This document shows positions 8,155 through 16,363 of a stretch of 26,528 nt of DNA, piece by piece (position 1 is the first letter of the stretch; every line of letters starts with the position of its first letter). The DNA is from a virus (Duplodnaviria > Heunggongvirae > Uroviricota > Caudoviricetes), in the IMG/VR virus record IMGVR_UViG_2563366972_000005, positions 1 to 26,528 of that record, one strand, 5' to 3'. The position numbers and the translations under genes were made by a program. Under the pieces are notes generated by a model. It was given only the letters and a program-made list of their open reading frames with translations, ran no database searches and was not told the origin of the DNA.

Positions 8155-8608
8155 GCAGCAAATCCGGCAGGTCTGCCGCCAGTGCATGGAGCGTTGTCGG
8201 GCGGGTGAAACATGGCCTCCTGACCTGGCAGAGTTTGTGGCGTTGATTTCGGAAAGTGGGGCAAATCCGTTTGGTTTGACTGTGGATGCCGTGATGGAGG
8301 AGTACCGCCGCTGGCGCAACGAGTCCTGGCGATACGACGGAAGCGATAAATACCCGTGGTCTCAGCCTGTGCTGTATCACATTTGCCTCGAGATGCGTTC
8401 AAAGGGGATTGAGCGCCAGATGACCGAAGGGGAGTTAAAACGACTTGCAGAACGGCAACTGGCGAAATGGGCAAAGCATGTTGGTGACGGCTTCAGTGTT
8501 CCGCCCGTACGGCGGCAACTGGCTGCACCAGAACGCCCGTCGGGGCCAACTCCAATTGAGTTGCTGAAACAGGAATATGAACGCCGGAAAGCGGCTGGGT
8601 TTGTTTGA
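7943..8608 (+). CDS. Replication protein P-like (DnaB helicase loader)
   Basis: 221 aa; segments ...[12 protein letters not shown]... and ...[17 protein letters not shown]... parallel lambda P (...LPSPGQFVAWC..., ...ESYPWKSNAHYWL...); AGGGGG Shine-Dalgarno 6 nt before ATG 7943. Start uncertain: in-frame ATGs also at 8066 and 8147. Confidence 0.75.
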   Translation: MQQRQVAPHHGQFRKFGQHVSSGNVKTDLSATETAWKLWELMGEVYSNRWTQKNGAAPSKLWIAQIGAMTEQQIRQVCRQCMERCRAGETWPPDLAEFVALISESGANPFGLTVDAVMEEYRRWRNESWRYDGSDKYPWSQPVLYHICLEMRSKGIERQMTEGELKRLAERQLAKWAKHVGDGFSVPPVRRQLAAPERPSGPTPIELLKQEYERRKAAGFV

Positions 8609-8642
8609 GTTGAGAAGTAATTTTTACCGGGAGGAAATTTTA

Positions 8643-9389
8643 ATGGAGACCGTTTTTGACGCACTGAAAGCAATGGGAAAAGCCACGTCGGTAGAACTGG
8701 CAGCGCGACTTGATATCAGTCGTGAAGAAGTGCTGAACGAGCTGTGGGAACTGAAAAAGGCTGGCTTCGTTGATAGAAGCGTATACACCTGGCGTGTGGC
8801 TGATAACAACGTTCAGCAGGGACAGCCAGCACAGGCAGTACTGCCGGAAGAAACCACTACGGCAACAGTGACGAAAATTTCGGAGAGCGATTTAACTTCG
8901 ACGATTGAACAACGTGGCCCACAAACGGCGGATGAACTGGCTACGCTGTTCGGTACAACATCCCGCAAAGTGGCTTCAACGCTGGCAATGGCAATCAGCA
9001 AAGGTCGTCTGATTCGCGTAAACCAGAACGGTAAAATTCGTTACTGCATACCAGGTGATAATTTACCAGCAGAGCCGAAAGTTGAATCGGTAGCGGAAAC
9101 CGATGGTAAAGCCTTTCCTCAGCCAGCCGGTGTTGCGTTACCGGTACAGAAAGATGCAACACAGGAAGATATTAAAACAGAAACTGTGGCGGACATTGTG
9201 CAGTCGCTGCCATCGTTTACTGCAACGCGAGAAGATGATTTGATTTTGCCATCGCTGCATATGGCAAATCGCGAACTGCGTAGGGCGAAGAATCATGTCC
9301 AGAAGTGGGAGCGAGTCTGCGCCGCGCTGCGGGAGCTGAACAAGCACCGGGATATGGTTGCCGGGATTTGTCGGAAGTCCGGGCAATGA
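8643..9389 (+). CDS. Hypothetical protein with two tandem winged-helix-like DNA-binding segments and a charged C-terminal helix
   Basis: 248 aa from ATG 8643 (GGGAGG upstream); wHTH-like segments [28 protein letters not shown] and [28 protein letters not shown]. Confidence 0.6.
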   Translation: METVFDALKAMGKATSVELAARLDISREEVLNELWELKKAGFVDRSVYTWRVADNNVQQGQPAQAVLPEETTTATVTKISESDLTSTIEQRGPQTADELATLFGTTSRKVASTLAMAISKGRLIRVNQNGKIRYCIPGDNLPAEPKVESVAETDGKAFPQPAGVALPVQKDATQEDIKTETVADIVQSLPSFTATREDDLILPSLHMANRELRRAKNHVQKWERVCAALRELNKHRDMVAGICRKSGQ

Positions 9390-9518
9390 GCGGATGGTGC
9401 AGGCCTGAAATCATGATACTAACAATGAAGGTAAAATGCATCGGCTGTCTGATTGGTCGTAGTGAGGCGGCGGTCAGGATGAAAGCCCGGGTTAAGGGAA
9501 TAAGCCTGATTCTGCGGG

Positions 9519-9830
9519 GTGATTTTCACCAGTCAACAAAATATCCGTAGCGCGATAACGGTCAAAAATCATGGCGCTGACACTTTTGTGCCGCTGGAGA
9601 TGACTGTACCTAAGTTCAGGGGAGAAGAACACGTCCGGTGGGATGGTCGGGCCAGATTTAAAGGGCAGGTCATGGCTCCAGCCTGTACGCTGGCAATGGA
9701 GGCTGCCTGGCGGGAAATTGATATGGGAACCACGCCACTCAGGGATTTACTGCCGGTCCAGAGAATAAATCCCTGTTACGGTTACACCACTGTGATCTTG
9801 CAAGTGCAGGAAAGTAGGTCTACACGGTAA
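9519..9830 (+). CDS. Hypothetical ORF, possibly a fragment of a decayed gene
   Basis: 103 aa ORF with no convincing RBS; protein-like sequence continues in other frames on both sides (9386-9550 and 9818-9996). Confidence 0.25.
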   Translation: MIFTSQQNIRSAITVKNHGADTFVPLEMTVPKFRGEEHVRWDGRARFKGQVMAPACTLAMEAAWREIDMGTTPLRDLLPVQRINPCYGYTTVILQVQESRSTR

Positions 9831-10056
9831 CGCGAGTGCGTGTAACTTTTGATGTCATTCCCGTAGAAACACCGGACAAATTTTCGCTGACAGGTCATGC
9901 TGAAGGTATAAATCTGCAGATTATGGACAATTACGGATATCCGGCAAGAGCCGGAAAAAGCATGCCGCCTTTAATTCTCAGTGGAAGATGGACTTGATTA
10001 TACTCATTGCATTGTCAGAAATAGTTATCCATTAAAGGCTGGCTATTCCAAACAGG

Positions 10057-10084
10057 ATGTTGATTACAAAAATGTAATCAACAT
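10057..10084. promoter_or_regulatory. Perfect 12-bp inverted repeat ATGTTGATTACA-N4-TGTAATCAACAT upstream of the ModA-like gene; candidate operator
   Basis: Read directly from sequence; lies ~25 bp upstream of a TATAAT hexamer (10111-10116) in a 420 bp AT-rich intergenic region. Confidence 0.4.
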
Positions 10085-10248
10085 GTAAGGTTTATACTCT
10101 TCAACATGCGTATAATTTTCCTTATTTTGTTAACTTTAAATAACAAGCTATGCACGAGGTAAAGTCGGATAAGTCTATCTGGATATAATATATATTATTT
10201 GTAGTGTTTATAACTTTATTTCATGATAACCAATAAAAGGAGTTTTTT

Positions 10249-11007
10249 ATGAGGAACATAATGGCTGGTTTTTTAATATTCCTGTCTTCTGCTGCTTATG
10301 CTGATATCAATCTGTATGGTCCTGGTGGCCCGCATACAGCCTTGCTTGATGCAGCCAAACTTTACACCAAAAAAACAGGTATTATAGTGAACGTTCATTA
10401 CGGCCCACAGAACAAATGGAATGAAGATGCAAAAAAAAATGCAGATATCTTGTTTGGCGCATCAGAACAATCTGCTCTGGCTATCATTCGGGACCATAAA
10501 GACAGCTTCAGTGAAAAAGATATTCAGCCTCTTTATCTGCGAAAAAGTATTTTACTGGTAAAGAAAGGTAATCCTAAAAATATCCGGAGTATTGACGACC
10601 TGACCAGACCCGGGATTGGCATAATTGTTAATGATGGTGGTGGTACCAGTAATACATCAGGCACTGGCGTCTGGGAAGATATTGCCGGACGTAAAGGGAA
10701 TATAGAAACTGTCGCCGCAATCCGAAAAAATATTATTTTATATGCGCCCAATAGCGGAACTGCACGTAAGGCTCTTGAGAATCAGCCTGAAGCAGATGTC
10801 TGGATAACCTGGGCTGACTGGGCAGCCAGTAATCCAGGAATTGGTGATGTCGTGGAAATAGCGCCAGACTACGTGATATGGCGTGATATGAACATTACAG
10901 TACGTCAGGATGCAAATGATGAAACCCGTCGATTTGCAGAATGGCTACAAACCGATGAAGCGGCGCCTGCATTCAAAAAATATGGCTGGACCAGGAAAGG
11001 CACTTGA
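10249..11007 (+). CDS. Solitary periplasmic substrate-binding protein, ModA/WtpA-like (type 2 PBP fold), with signal peptide
   Basis: 252 aa; N-terminal signal peptide (MAGFLIFLSSAAYA); ModA-like landmarks (INLYGPGG...ALLDAAKLYTKKTGIIVNVHYG, ADILFGASEQ, C-terminal FKKYGWTRKG versus ModA FKRYGFT); AAAGGAG Shine-Dalgarno; AT-rich; no permease or ATPase partner nearby. Confidence 0.7.
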   Translation: MRNIMAGFLIFLSSAAYADINLYGPGGPHTALLDAAKLYTKKTGIIVNVHYGPQNKWNEDAKKNADILFGASEQSALAIIRDHKDSFSEKDIQPLYLRKSILLVKKGNPKNIRSIDDLTRPGIGIIVNDGGGTSNTSGTGVWEDIAGRKGNIETVAAIRKNIILYAPNSGTARKALENQPEADVWITWADWAASNPGIGDVVEIAPDYVIWRDMNITVRQDANDETRRFAEWLQTDEAAPAFKKYGWTRKGT

Positions 11008-11012
11008 CATCC

Positions 11013-11045
11013 ATCCACGTCCTTCAGGACGTGGATTCTTTTTCC
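11013..11045 (+). terminator. Rho-independent terminator after the ModA-like gene
   Basis: Perfect 10-bp stem ATCCACGTCC/GGACGTGGAT with TTCA loop followed by TCTTTTTCC. Confidence 0.7.
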
Positions 11046-11130
11046 GGATGCCGCGCCAGCGGCATGTAGGGGCAGCTCACAAAACGGAAAAAATTGTACG
11101 CTAAGCCTCGCCAGGTGAACTGAATTCATT

Positions 11131-11154
11131 CCGATATGGGAATTCCCATATCGG
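11131..11154. repeat. Perfect 24-bp palindrome CCGATATGGGAATTCCCATATCGG
   Basis: Read directly; centred on GAATTC; lies in the structured leader region upstream of hok. Confidence 0.5.
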
Positions 11155-11346
11155 GCGAAAACGGTTTGCTGTAACGGCAGAGTTAAGTAGAATTGCTGCG
11201 GGTGCTTGAGGCTATCTGCCTCGGGCATGAACACCAACGGCAGATAGATAAAAGCCCCACCCGACTATAAATCGAAGTGAGGCCCCTATATGCTCGTCAC
11301 ATATAGATTGCCTCTTACGGACCGAAAGGTCAAGGAGAAGCAGGCT

Positions 11347-11502
11347 ATGAAGCAGCAAAAGGCGATGTTAATCGCCCTGATCGTCATCTGTTTAACCGTC
11401 ATAGTGACGGCACTGGTAACGAGGAAAGACCTCTGCGAGGTACGAATCCGAACCGGCCAGACGGAGGTCGCTGTCTTCACAGCTTACGAACCTGAGGAGT
11501 AA
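11347..11502 (+). CDS. hok: Hok/Gef-family type I toxin (small membrane-depolarising peptide)
   Basis: 51 aa MKQQKAMLIALIVICLTVIVTALVTRKDLCEVRIRTGQTEVAVFTAYEPEE; close match to the Hok signature (...LTRKSLCEIR...REVAAFMAYE...); single TM helix; highly structured upstream leader. Confidence 0.85.
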   Translation: MKQQKAMLIALIVICLTVIVTALVTRKDLCEVRIRTGQTEVAVFTAYEPEE

Positions 11503-11572
11503 GAGACCTGGCGGGGGAGAAATCCCTCGCCACCTCTGATGTGTCAGGCATCCTCAACGCACCCGCACTTAA

Positions 11573-11599
11573 CCCGCTTCGGCGGGTTTTGTTTTTTCC
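11573..11599 (+). terminator. Rho-independent terminator downstream of hok
   Basis: CCCGC-TTCG-GCGGG hairpin followed by TTTTGTTTTTT. Confidence 0.6.
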
Positions 11600-11669
11600 T
11601 GGCATTCTGGTTTACAATTCGCACGCCAGCCTGAACAACTGGCACCTGCTGCGCCAGCAGAGACAACCG

Positions 11670-11948
11670 ATGGCGCACGATACCAAATTACACAATTCTG
11701 ATGATTCTGCCGTCTTTGCCAGCAGGTGCGGACGGCGTTTTCATGCATTCAAATCGGACTGGTTCCAGCATCCACCATGCACTGAAGAGCAGGCTGAATG
11801 GATAATTCAGTGTTACCGCAGGCGCGGATACGAGGTTAAAAAAGCCCTCAGCCTCGACTACCGTCACTGGATAATCTCCGTCAGGCTTCCTTACTCCGAA
11901 CGCCCACCGCGTCCGTCCCGCACATTCCAGCAACGCATCTGGAGGTAA
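11670..11948 (+). CDS. Hypothetical nin-region protein
   Basis: 92 aa from ATG 11670; stop TAA lies 1 nt before the GTG start of the downstream gene (coupling); weak RBS. Confidence 0.4.
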   Translation: MAHDTKLHNSDDSAVFASRCGRRFHAFKSDWFQHPPCTEEQAEWIIQCYRRRGYEVKKALSLDYRHWIISVRLPYSERPPRPSRTFQQRIWR

Positions 11949-11949
11949 C

Positions 11950-12999
11950 GTGCGGGTATTACTTCGACCTGTTCTGGTACCGGAACTCGGGCTGGTGATC
12001 GTTAAGCCGGGCCGTGAATCCATGCCGGTATTCCACAATACCCGGGTACTGGTGGAGCCGGAACCGAAAAGCATGCGTAATCTGCCGTCCGGGGTCGTTC
12101 CTGCCGTTCGCCAGCCGCTGGCGGAGGATAAATCATTACTGCCGTTTTTCAGCGACGAACGAGTGATTCGTGCTGCTGGTGGCGCTGGCGCATTGTCTGA
12201 CTGGTTACTGCGCCATGTTAAATCCTGCCAGTGGCCACACGGCGATTATCACCACAGTGAAACCGTCATTCACCGTTATGGTACCGGCGCAATGGTGTTG
12301 TGCTGGCACTGCGACAACCAGCTGCGTGACCAGACATCCGAATCACTCGAGCAACTTGCTCATCAAAACCTGTCAGCATGGATGATTGACGTCATCGGTC
12401 ACGCAATAAGCGGTACGCAGGAGCGTGAATTATCTCTGGCTGAATTATCCTGGTGGGCGGTCCGCAATCAGGTGGCGGACGCGCTACCGGAAGCTGTATT
12501 ACGTCGTTCACTGGGGTTGCGTGCGGAAAAAATTCGCTCGGTGTACCGCGAAAGCGACATCGTACCGGGAGAGCAGACCGCCACCAGCATACTGAAGCAG
12601 CGCACAAAAAATCTTGCGCCGTTGCTTCACACCCACCAGCCACAGAACCCAGCACAGGAAAAGGCGGTGGTCAGCATTGCCGTTGATCCGGAGTCTCCGG
12701 AATCTTTCATGAGGCGACCTAAACGTCGCCGTTGGGTAAATGAGAAATATACGCGCTGGGTGAAGACACAGCCGTGTGCGTGTTGTGGTCAGCCAGCCGA
12801 CGATCCCCATCACCTGATTGGTCACGGTCAGGGAGGGATGGGAACAAAGGCCCACGATATTTTCACGCTACCGCTGTGTCGGGAGCATCACAACGAGCTT
12901 CATGTGGATCCGCTGGCGTTCGAAGAAAAGCATGGTTCCCAGGTTGATTTAATTTTTCGTTTTCTTGATCACGCCTTTGCAACCGGCGTGCTCGGGTAA
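11950..12999 (+). CDS. DUF968-like prophage protein with C-terminal HNH-like Cys/His motif (CACCGQPADDPHHL...GHGQGG...LCREHHNELH)
   Basis: 349 aa; GGAGGT Shine-Dalgarno before GTG start; C-terminal Cys/His cluster typical of the DUF968 family found between replication and Q genes in Qin-like prophages. Confidence 0.75.
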   Translation: MRVLLRPVLVPELGLVIVKPGRESMPVFHNTRVLVEPEPKSMRNLPSGVVPAVRQPLAEDKSLLPFFSDERVIRAAGGAGALSDWLLRHVKSCQWPHGDYHHSETVIHRYGTGAMVLCWHCDNQLRDQTSESLEQLAHQNLSAWMIDVIGHAISGTQERELSLAELSWWAVRNQVADALPEAVLRRSLGLRAEKIRSVYRESDIVPGEQTATSILKQRTKNLAPLLHTHQPQNPAQEKAVVSIAVDPESPESFMRRPKRRRWVNEKYTRWVKTQPCACCGQPADDPHHLIGHGQGGMGTKAHDIFTLPLCREHHNELHVDPLAFEEKHGSQVDLIFRFLDHAFATGVLG

Positions 13000-13011
13000 A
13001 AGAGGTTACTG

Positions 13012-13386
13012 ATGCGTATAGAGTTTGTTTTGCCTTACCCGCCGACGGTGAACACCTACTGGCGTCGTCGTGGCAGTACATATTTTGTATCAAAAGCCGG
13101 TGAGCGTTATCGCCGGGATGTGGCACTTATTGTTCGCCAGCAGCGACTGAAATTAAACCTGTCCGGAAGGCTGGCGATAAAGATTATTGCAGAGCCACCG
13201 GATAAGCGCCGTCGTGACCTGGACAATATTCTGAAAGCTCCACTGGATGCACTGACGCATGCGGGACTACTCATAGACGACGAGCAGTTTGATGAAATTA
13301 ATATTGTGCGCGGTCAGCTCGTTCCAGGTGGGCGGCTGGGCGTGAAGATTTACGAAATAATGCATGACGGGCAGGTCCAAAAATGA
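13012..13386 (+). CDS. rusA: RusA Holliday-junction resolvase (crossover junction endodeoxyribonuclease)
   Basis: 124 aa; YPPTVNTYWRRRG...RRRDLDN...LIDDEQ... parallels E. coli RusA (WPPSNNRYYR...RRRDLDN...WLDDAQ). Confidence 0.9.
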   Translation: MRIEFVLPYPPTVNTYWRRRGSTYFVSKAGERYRRDVALIVRQQRLKLNLSGRLAIKIIAEPPDKRRRDLDNILKAPLDALTHAGLLIDDEQFDEINIVRGQLVPGGRLGVKIYEIMHDGQVQK

Positions 13387-14204
13387 AACTGGAAGATTTA
13401 CCGAAATACTATTCTCCAAAATCGCCAGGCCTGACTGATGCGCCCATCTCGACGTCAAAAGATGCGCTGAGTATCACTGATGTAATGGCTGCGCAGGGTA
13501 TGACACAGAACCGGGCTGAGATGGGATTTTCCGCGTTCCTGGGAAAAATGGGCATTAGTATGAATGACAGGATGCGGGCAACAGAATTACTGGCAGATTA
13601 TGCATTAAGTCGGTGCGATCGCGTCGCGGCGTTAAGGAAACTCCCGGCAGAAATAAAACCGGCAGTGATGCGCATTATGGCTTCGTATGCTTTTGAGGAT
13701 TATGCCCGTAGTGCAGCGAGCAAAAAGCAGTGTCCTTGTTGCCGTGGGGAAAAATTTATTGAAAGCGAAGTTTTTACAAACAAGGTTCTGTATCCGGATG
13801 GTAAGCCGCCAGTATGGGCAAAGTGTACAAAAGGGGTGTATCCGTCTTACTGGGAAGAATGGAAAAAAATCCGGGAGGTGGTGAAAGTTTTCTGTCCTGA
13901 ATGTAAAGGGAAGGGGGAGATTTCGACCGCCTGTAAAGACTGCCGTGGGCGTGGTGTTGCCATTCATCGTGAAGAGTCGGAAAAACGGGGTATGCCTGTA
14001 ATCAGGAACTGCCAGCGTTGTGGCGGTCGGGGCTATGAAAGACTACCATCAACGGAGGCATTTAATGCCATACGCAAAGTGACGAGTGCTATCACGCTTG
14101 ATACGTGGAAAAAATCAGTGAAACGCTTTTACGATACGTTGGTGGTTCGGTTTGACATTGAAGAGGCATGGGCGGAGCGGCAGTTAAAGAGGGTAACGCG
14201 ATAG
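13383..14204 (+). CDS. Late-gene antiterminator Q-like protein with DnaJ-type CxxCxGxG zinc-finger repeats
   Basis: 273 aa; start overlaps rusA stop (ATGA); four CxxC motifs (CPCCRGEKF, CPECKGKGE, CKDCRGRGV, CQRCGGRGY); immediately upstream of a pR'-like promoter and tR'-like terminator. Confidence 0.65.
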   Translation: MKLEDLPKYYSPKSPGLTDAPISTSKDALSITDVMAAQGMTQNRAEMGFSAFLGKMGISMNDRMRATELLADYALSRCDRVAALRKLPAEIKPAVMRIMASYAFEDYARSAASKKQCPCCRGEKFIESEVFTNKVLYPDGKPPVWAKCTKGVYPSYWEEWKKIREVVKVFCPECKGKGEISTACKDCRGRGVAIHREESEKRGMPVIRNCQRCGGRGYERLPSTEAFNAIRKVTSAITLDTWKKSVKRFYDTLVVRFDIEEAWAERQLKRVTR

Positions 14205-14209
14205 TGTTG

Positions 14210-14237
14210 TTGATTTTTCCCGAATCTGTGGTAAATT
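14210..14237 (+). promoter_or_regulatory. pR'-like late promoter (TTGATT -16 bp- TAAATT)
   Basis: -35/-10 hexamers read from sequence just downstream of the Q-like gene; followed ~50 nt later by an intrinsic terminator, as for lambda pR'-qut-tR'. Confidence 0.45.
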
Positions 14238-14286
14238 TGCTCTAACGATGGGCGTTTTATGCCTGACGTTAGAAGAATTTTTACAG

Positions 14287-14308
14287 CCCGCCATCGAGCG
14301 GGTTTTTT
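14287..14308 (+). terminator. tR'-like intrinsic terminator (short 6S-like transcript end)
   Basis: CCCGC-CATCGA-GCGGG hairpin followed by TTTTTT. Confidence 0.65.
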
Positions 14309-14443
14309 ATATCTGGAAAGCGGTGCATAACGTTAAACGTGATGGCGATTGCGCAATGAGTTTCTCCTGCTCTGAAGTCTCTTGACTGCATGGAATCTCC
14401 TTTGTTATGTAAGGTGAGTTGATGTTTTAAAATTGTTAGAGAG

Positions 14444-15163
14444 ATGGGTATGGATGACAGCACTCTGCTGAGGAACTCTTCACTTTTTATTGCTTATATG
14501 GGCTGTCTTGGATGGGGAAGCGCTTATTTCTATGGATGGGGGACTTCCTTTTACTATGGCTTTCCATGGTGGATCGTCGGGGCTGGCGTTGATGATGTGG
14601 CTCGAAGTTTGTTTTATGCTGTGAGCGTTATCGTTATATTCCTTACTGGATGGGGAGTAGGTATTGTTTTCTTTTTAGGCATAAAACAAAAAAACAATAT
14701 ACAGAATTTGAGTTTTATCAGACTTTTTCTGGCAATATTGCTGCTTTTTATTCCGCCTGTTCTGGAGTTTTCGGTAATTCATCAGCACGTTGAGCCAGAT
14801 GTGCTGTTTTTTTGTGTTATTGCTGCCTTTACAATTACGCTTTTTGTCAGGTCAGGAAGAAGACTTATTTCAGTCAAATGTTTTTCGGAAGTGTCTTTTA
14901 TTCGCCATCACCGAATTGAGTTTATTATGGCTGGATTCATGATTTATTTCTGGACATTCTCTCTTATTGCCGGTTGGTATAAACCCCAGTTTAAGAGGGA
15001 ATATCAGACGATCCACTATGAGAATACCTGGTATTACGTTCTTGCACGCTATGATGATCGTCTGGTTTTATCGAAATCGTACAGTAATGGGAGTTCTGCA
15101 TTCGTTATACTTAATAGCGGGCAGATTGATGACTTTGAAATTAATGTAGTCAGAGTTCGTTAA
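14444..15163 (+). CDS. AT-rich integral membrane protein (about 5 predicted TM helices plus ~60 aa soluble C-terminal domain), function unknown; first gene of the late operon
   Basis: 239 aa; hydrophobic segments SLFIAYMGCLGWGSAYFYGW, LFYAVSVIVIFLTGWGVGIVFFLGI, FIRLFLAILLLFIPPVLEFSVI, VLFFCVIAAFTITLFV, FIMAGFMIYFWTFSLIAGWY; markedly lower GC than flanking phage genes. Confidence 0.65.
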   Translation: MGMDDSTLLRNSSLFIAYMGCLGWGSAYFYGWGTSFYYGFPWWIVGAGVDDVARSLFYAVSVIVIFLTGWGVGIVFFLGIKQKNNIQNLSFIRLFLAILLLFIPPVLEFSVIHQHVEPDVLFFCVIAAFTITLFVRSGRRLISVKCFSEVSFIRHHRIEFIMAGFMIYFWTFSLIAGWYKPQFKREYQTIHYENTWYYVLARYDDRLVLSKSYSNGSSAFVILNSGQIDDFEINVVRVR

Positions 15164-15285
15164 TATTGCCTGAGTAACTTTCTGTTGACCGCTCAGATTC
15201 TTTTATCATGTGTAGGCCAATATGCAGGATTTAATCAGGGTAGGGTATTGCAGAGCTAAACTGGCATAAGTATTATTCCGCATAT

Positions 15286-15361
15286 GGCCCTTTAGCTCAG
15301 TGGTGAGAGCGAGCGACTCATAATCGCCAGGTCGCTGGTTCAAATCCAGCAAGGGCCACCA
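15286..15361 (+). tRNA. tRNA-Ile2 (anticodon CAU, lysidine-type, reads AUA), ileX-like
   Basis: Cloverleaf folded by hand: acceptor GGCCCTT/AAGGGCC, anticodon loop CTCATAA, T-loop TTCAAAT, encoded CCA; near-identical to E. coli tRNA-Ile2. Confidence 0.88.
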
Positions 15362-15362
15362 A

Positions 15363-15439
15363 CCGCCACTAGCTCATCAGGAAAGAGCGTCAACCCTTTA
15401 AGTTGAGAGTGCGAGGTTCGAGTCCCCGGTGGCGGTCCA
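15363..15439 (+). tRNA. Noncanonical tRNA-like gene (anticodon loop CCTTTAA: UUU at 34-36 but C at position 33; A.C mismatch in T-stem)
   Basis: Acceptor CCGCCAC/GTGGCGG, U8, D-arm GCTC/GAGC, T-loop TTCGAGT, encoded CCA; anticodon stem TCAAC/GTTGA. Confidence 0.55.
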
Positions 15440-15441
15440 GT

Positions 15442-15517
<76 letters not shown>

Positions 15518-15520
15518 TAT

Positions 15521-15595
<75 letters not shown>

Positions 15596-16147
15596 GCATT
15601 TGAAACAAGCCTTATTGTATCGTGGCACTGGCGTATTTTTTATTACGTGGAGGTTGTTTTAAAAAGACATTCTGTTCTCTGGCTATGATTGGAGGTCGGT
15701 TGTAGTCACAGTGCTGATTTTTTACAGCAGCAGAATGGTGCATTATCGGTGGAGATTTTGTATTTCCTGGCAGGGTCGGTGATGCATCATTCTGGTGTTG
15801 TAAACACGTTGCAGAGGCGTTCCTCAGGGCGAAGGTAATTAAGAGTTGGTTTAGTGGGAAATCACAGTATCCATACAGGACGGAATACTTCGGGAGGTGC
15901 TCGACGCCCAGGTTTTATAACAATCAAAAAATTCATCTCTTGCATTGACCAACCTTCTTCATGGCGGTTTTTTTTGGTAATTGATTGAATTGCATACTGA
16001 ATAATCATTGCATCGTTAAAATTATAACTAATTCCGAATATGCTGTGCTTGCTTATTGTTAGTTTGCTTACATTTCTGTATCTTGCTGCACCGCAGGATT
16101 CCCCTGTAACGACGATTGTATGATGAATCATTTAAACTTTGTAATTT

Positions 16148-16179
16148 GCCAGCCAGTCTCTGGTGGCTGGTTTTTTTTT
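16148..16179 (+). terminator. Rho-independent terminator (CCAGCCA...TGGCTGG hairpin plus T9)
   Basis: Read from sequence; terminates rightward transcription of the unexplained region after the tRNA cluster. Confidence 0.6.
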
Positions 16180-16232
16180 GCAAGGTGTTCCAGTAATTCT
16201 GTCGTCAGGCTGGATTCCCACAGAACAAAAAA

Positions 16233-16314
16233 CCGTCACTAACTCATCGGGTAAGAGTGCATAACGCGTATTGTTGTTTTGTGGTGCGGGGTTCGAGTCC
16301 CCGGTGACGGTCCA
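16233..16314 (+). tRNA. tRNA-like gene / probable pseudo-tRNA, paralogous to the gene at 15363, with expanded noncanonical anticodon region
   Basis: Intact acceptor (CCGTCAC/GTGACGG), D-arm (ACTC/GAGT), T-arm (CGGGG-TTCGAGT-CCCCG) and CCA, but 28 nt between D- and T-stems instead of 23; best anticodon stem ATAAC/GTTGT gives loop GCGTATT. Confidence 0.45.
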
Positions 16315-16342
16315 TTTGTAACGGTAAATATACTTTTAACAG

Positions 16343-16363
16343 GCTCGCTTCGGCGAGCTTTTT
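16343..16363 (+). terminator. Rho-independent terminator after the tRNA-like gene
   Basis: GCTCGC-TTCG-GCGAGC hairpin followed by TTTTT. Confidence 0.6.

Noticed and set aside
8030-8673. Minus-strand ORFs overlapping the P-like gene
   Set aside because: Antisense to a gene with clear lambda-P similarity; Arg/Pro-rich translations typical of GC-rich antisense frames.
10057-10084. Assignment of the 12-bp palindrome to a named regulator (FNR, CRP, LexA, Fur)
   Set aside because: Half-sites and spacing do not fit those consensus sequences (TTGAT...ATCAA are 12 bp apart, not 4); left as an unassigned operator.
11290-11346. In-frame upstream ATG that would extend Hok to 70 aa
   Set aside because: Hok-family toxins are ~50 aa; the extension lies in the structured leader. 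I kept the 11347 start but note the alternative.
15862-16131. 89 aa minus-strand ORF in the region after the tRNAs
   Set aside because: No RBS, antisense to late-operon transcription, and overlaps a plus-strand terminator hairpin; not called as a gene.
15596-16232. Shiga toxin or other known toxin gene downstream of the phage tRNAs
   Set aside because: No ORF of adequate length or signal-peptide-bearing A/B-subunit-like translation is present in any frame.
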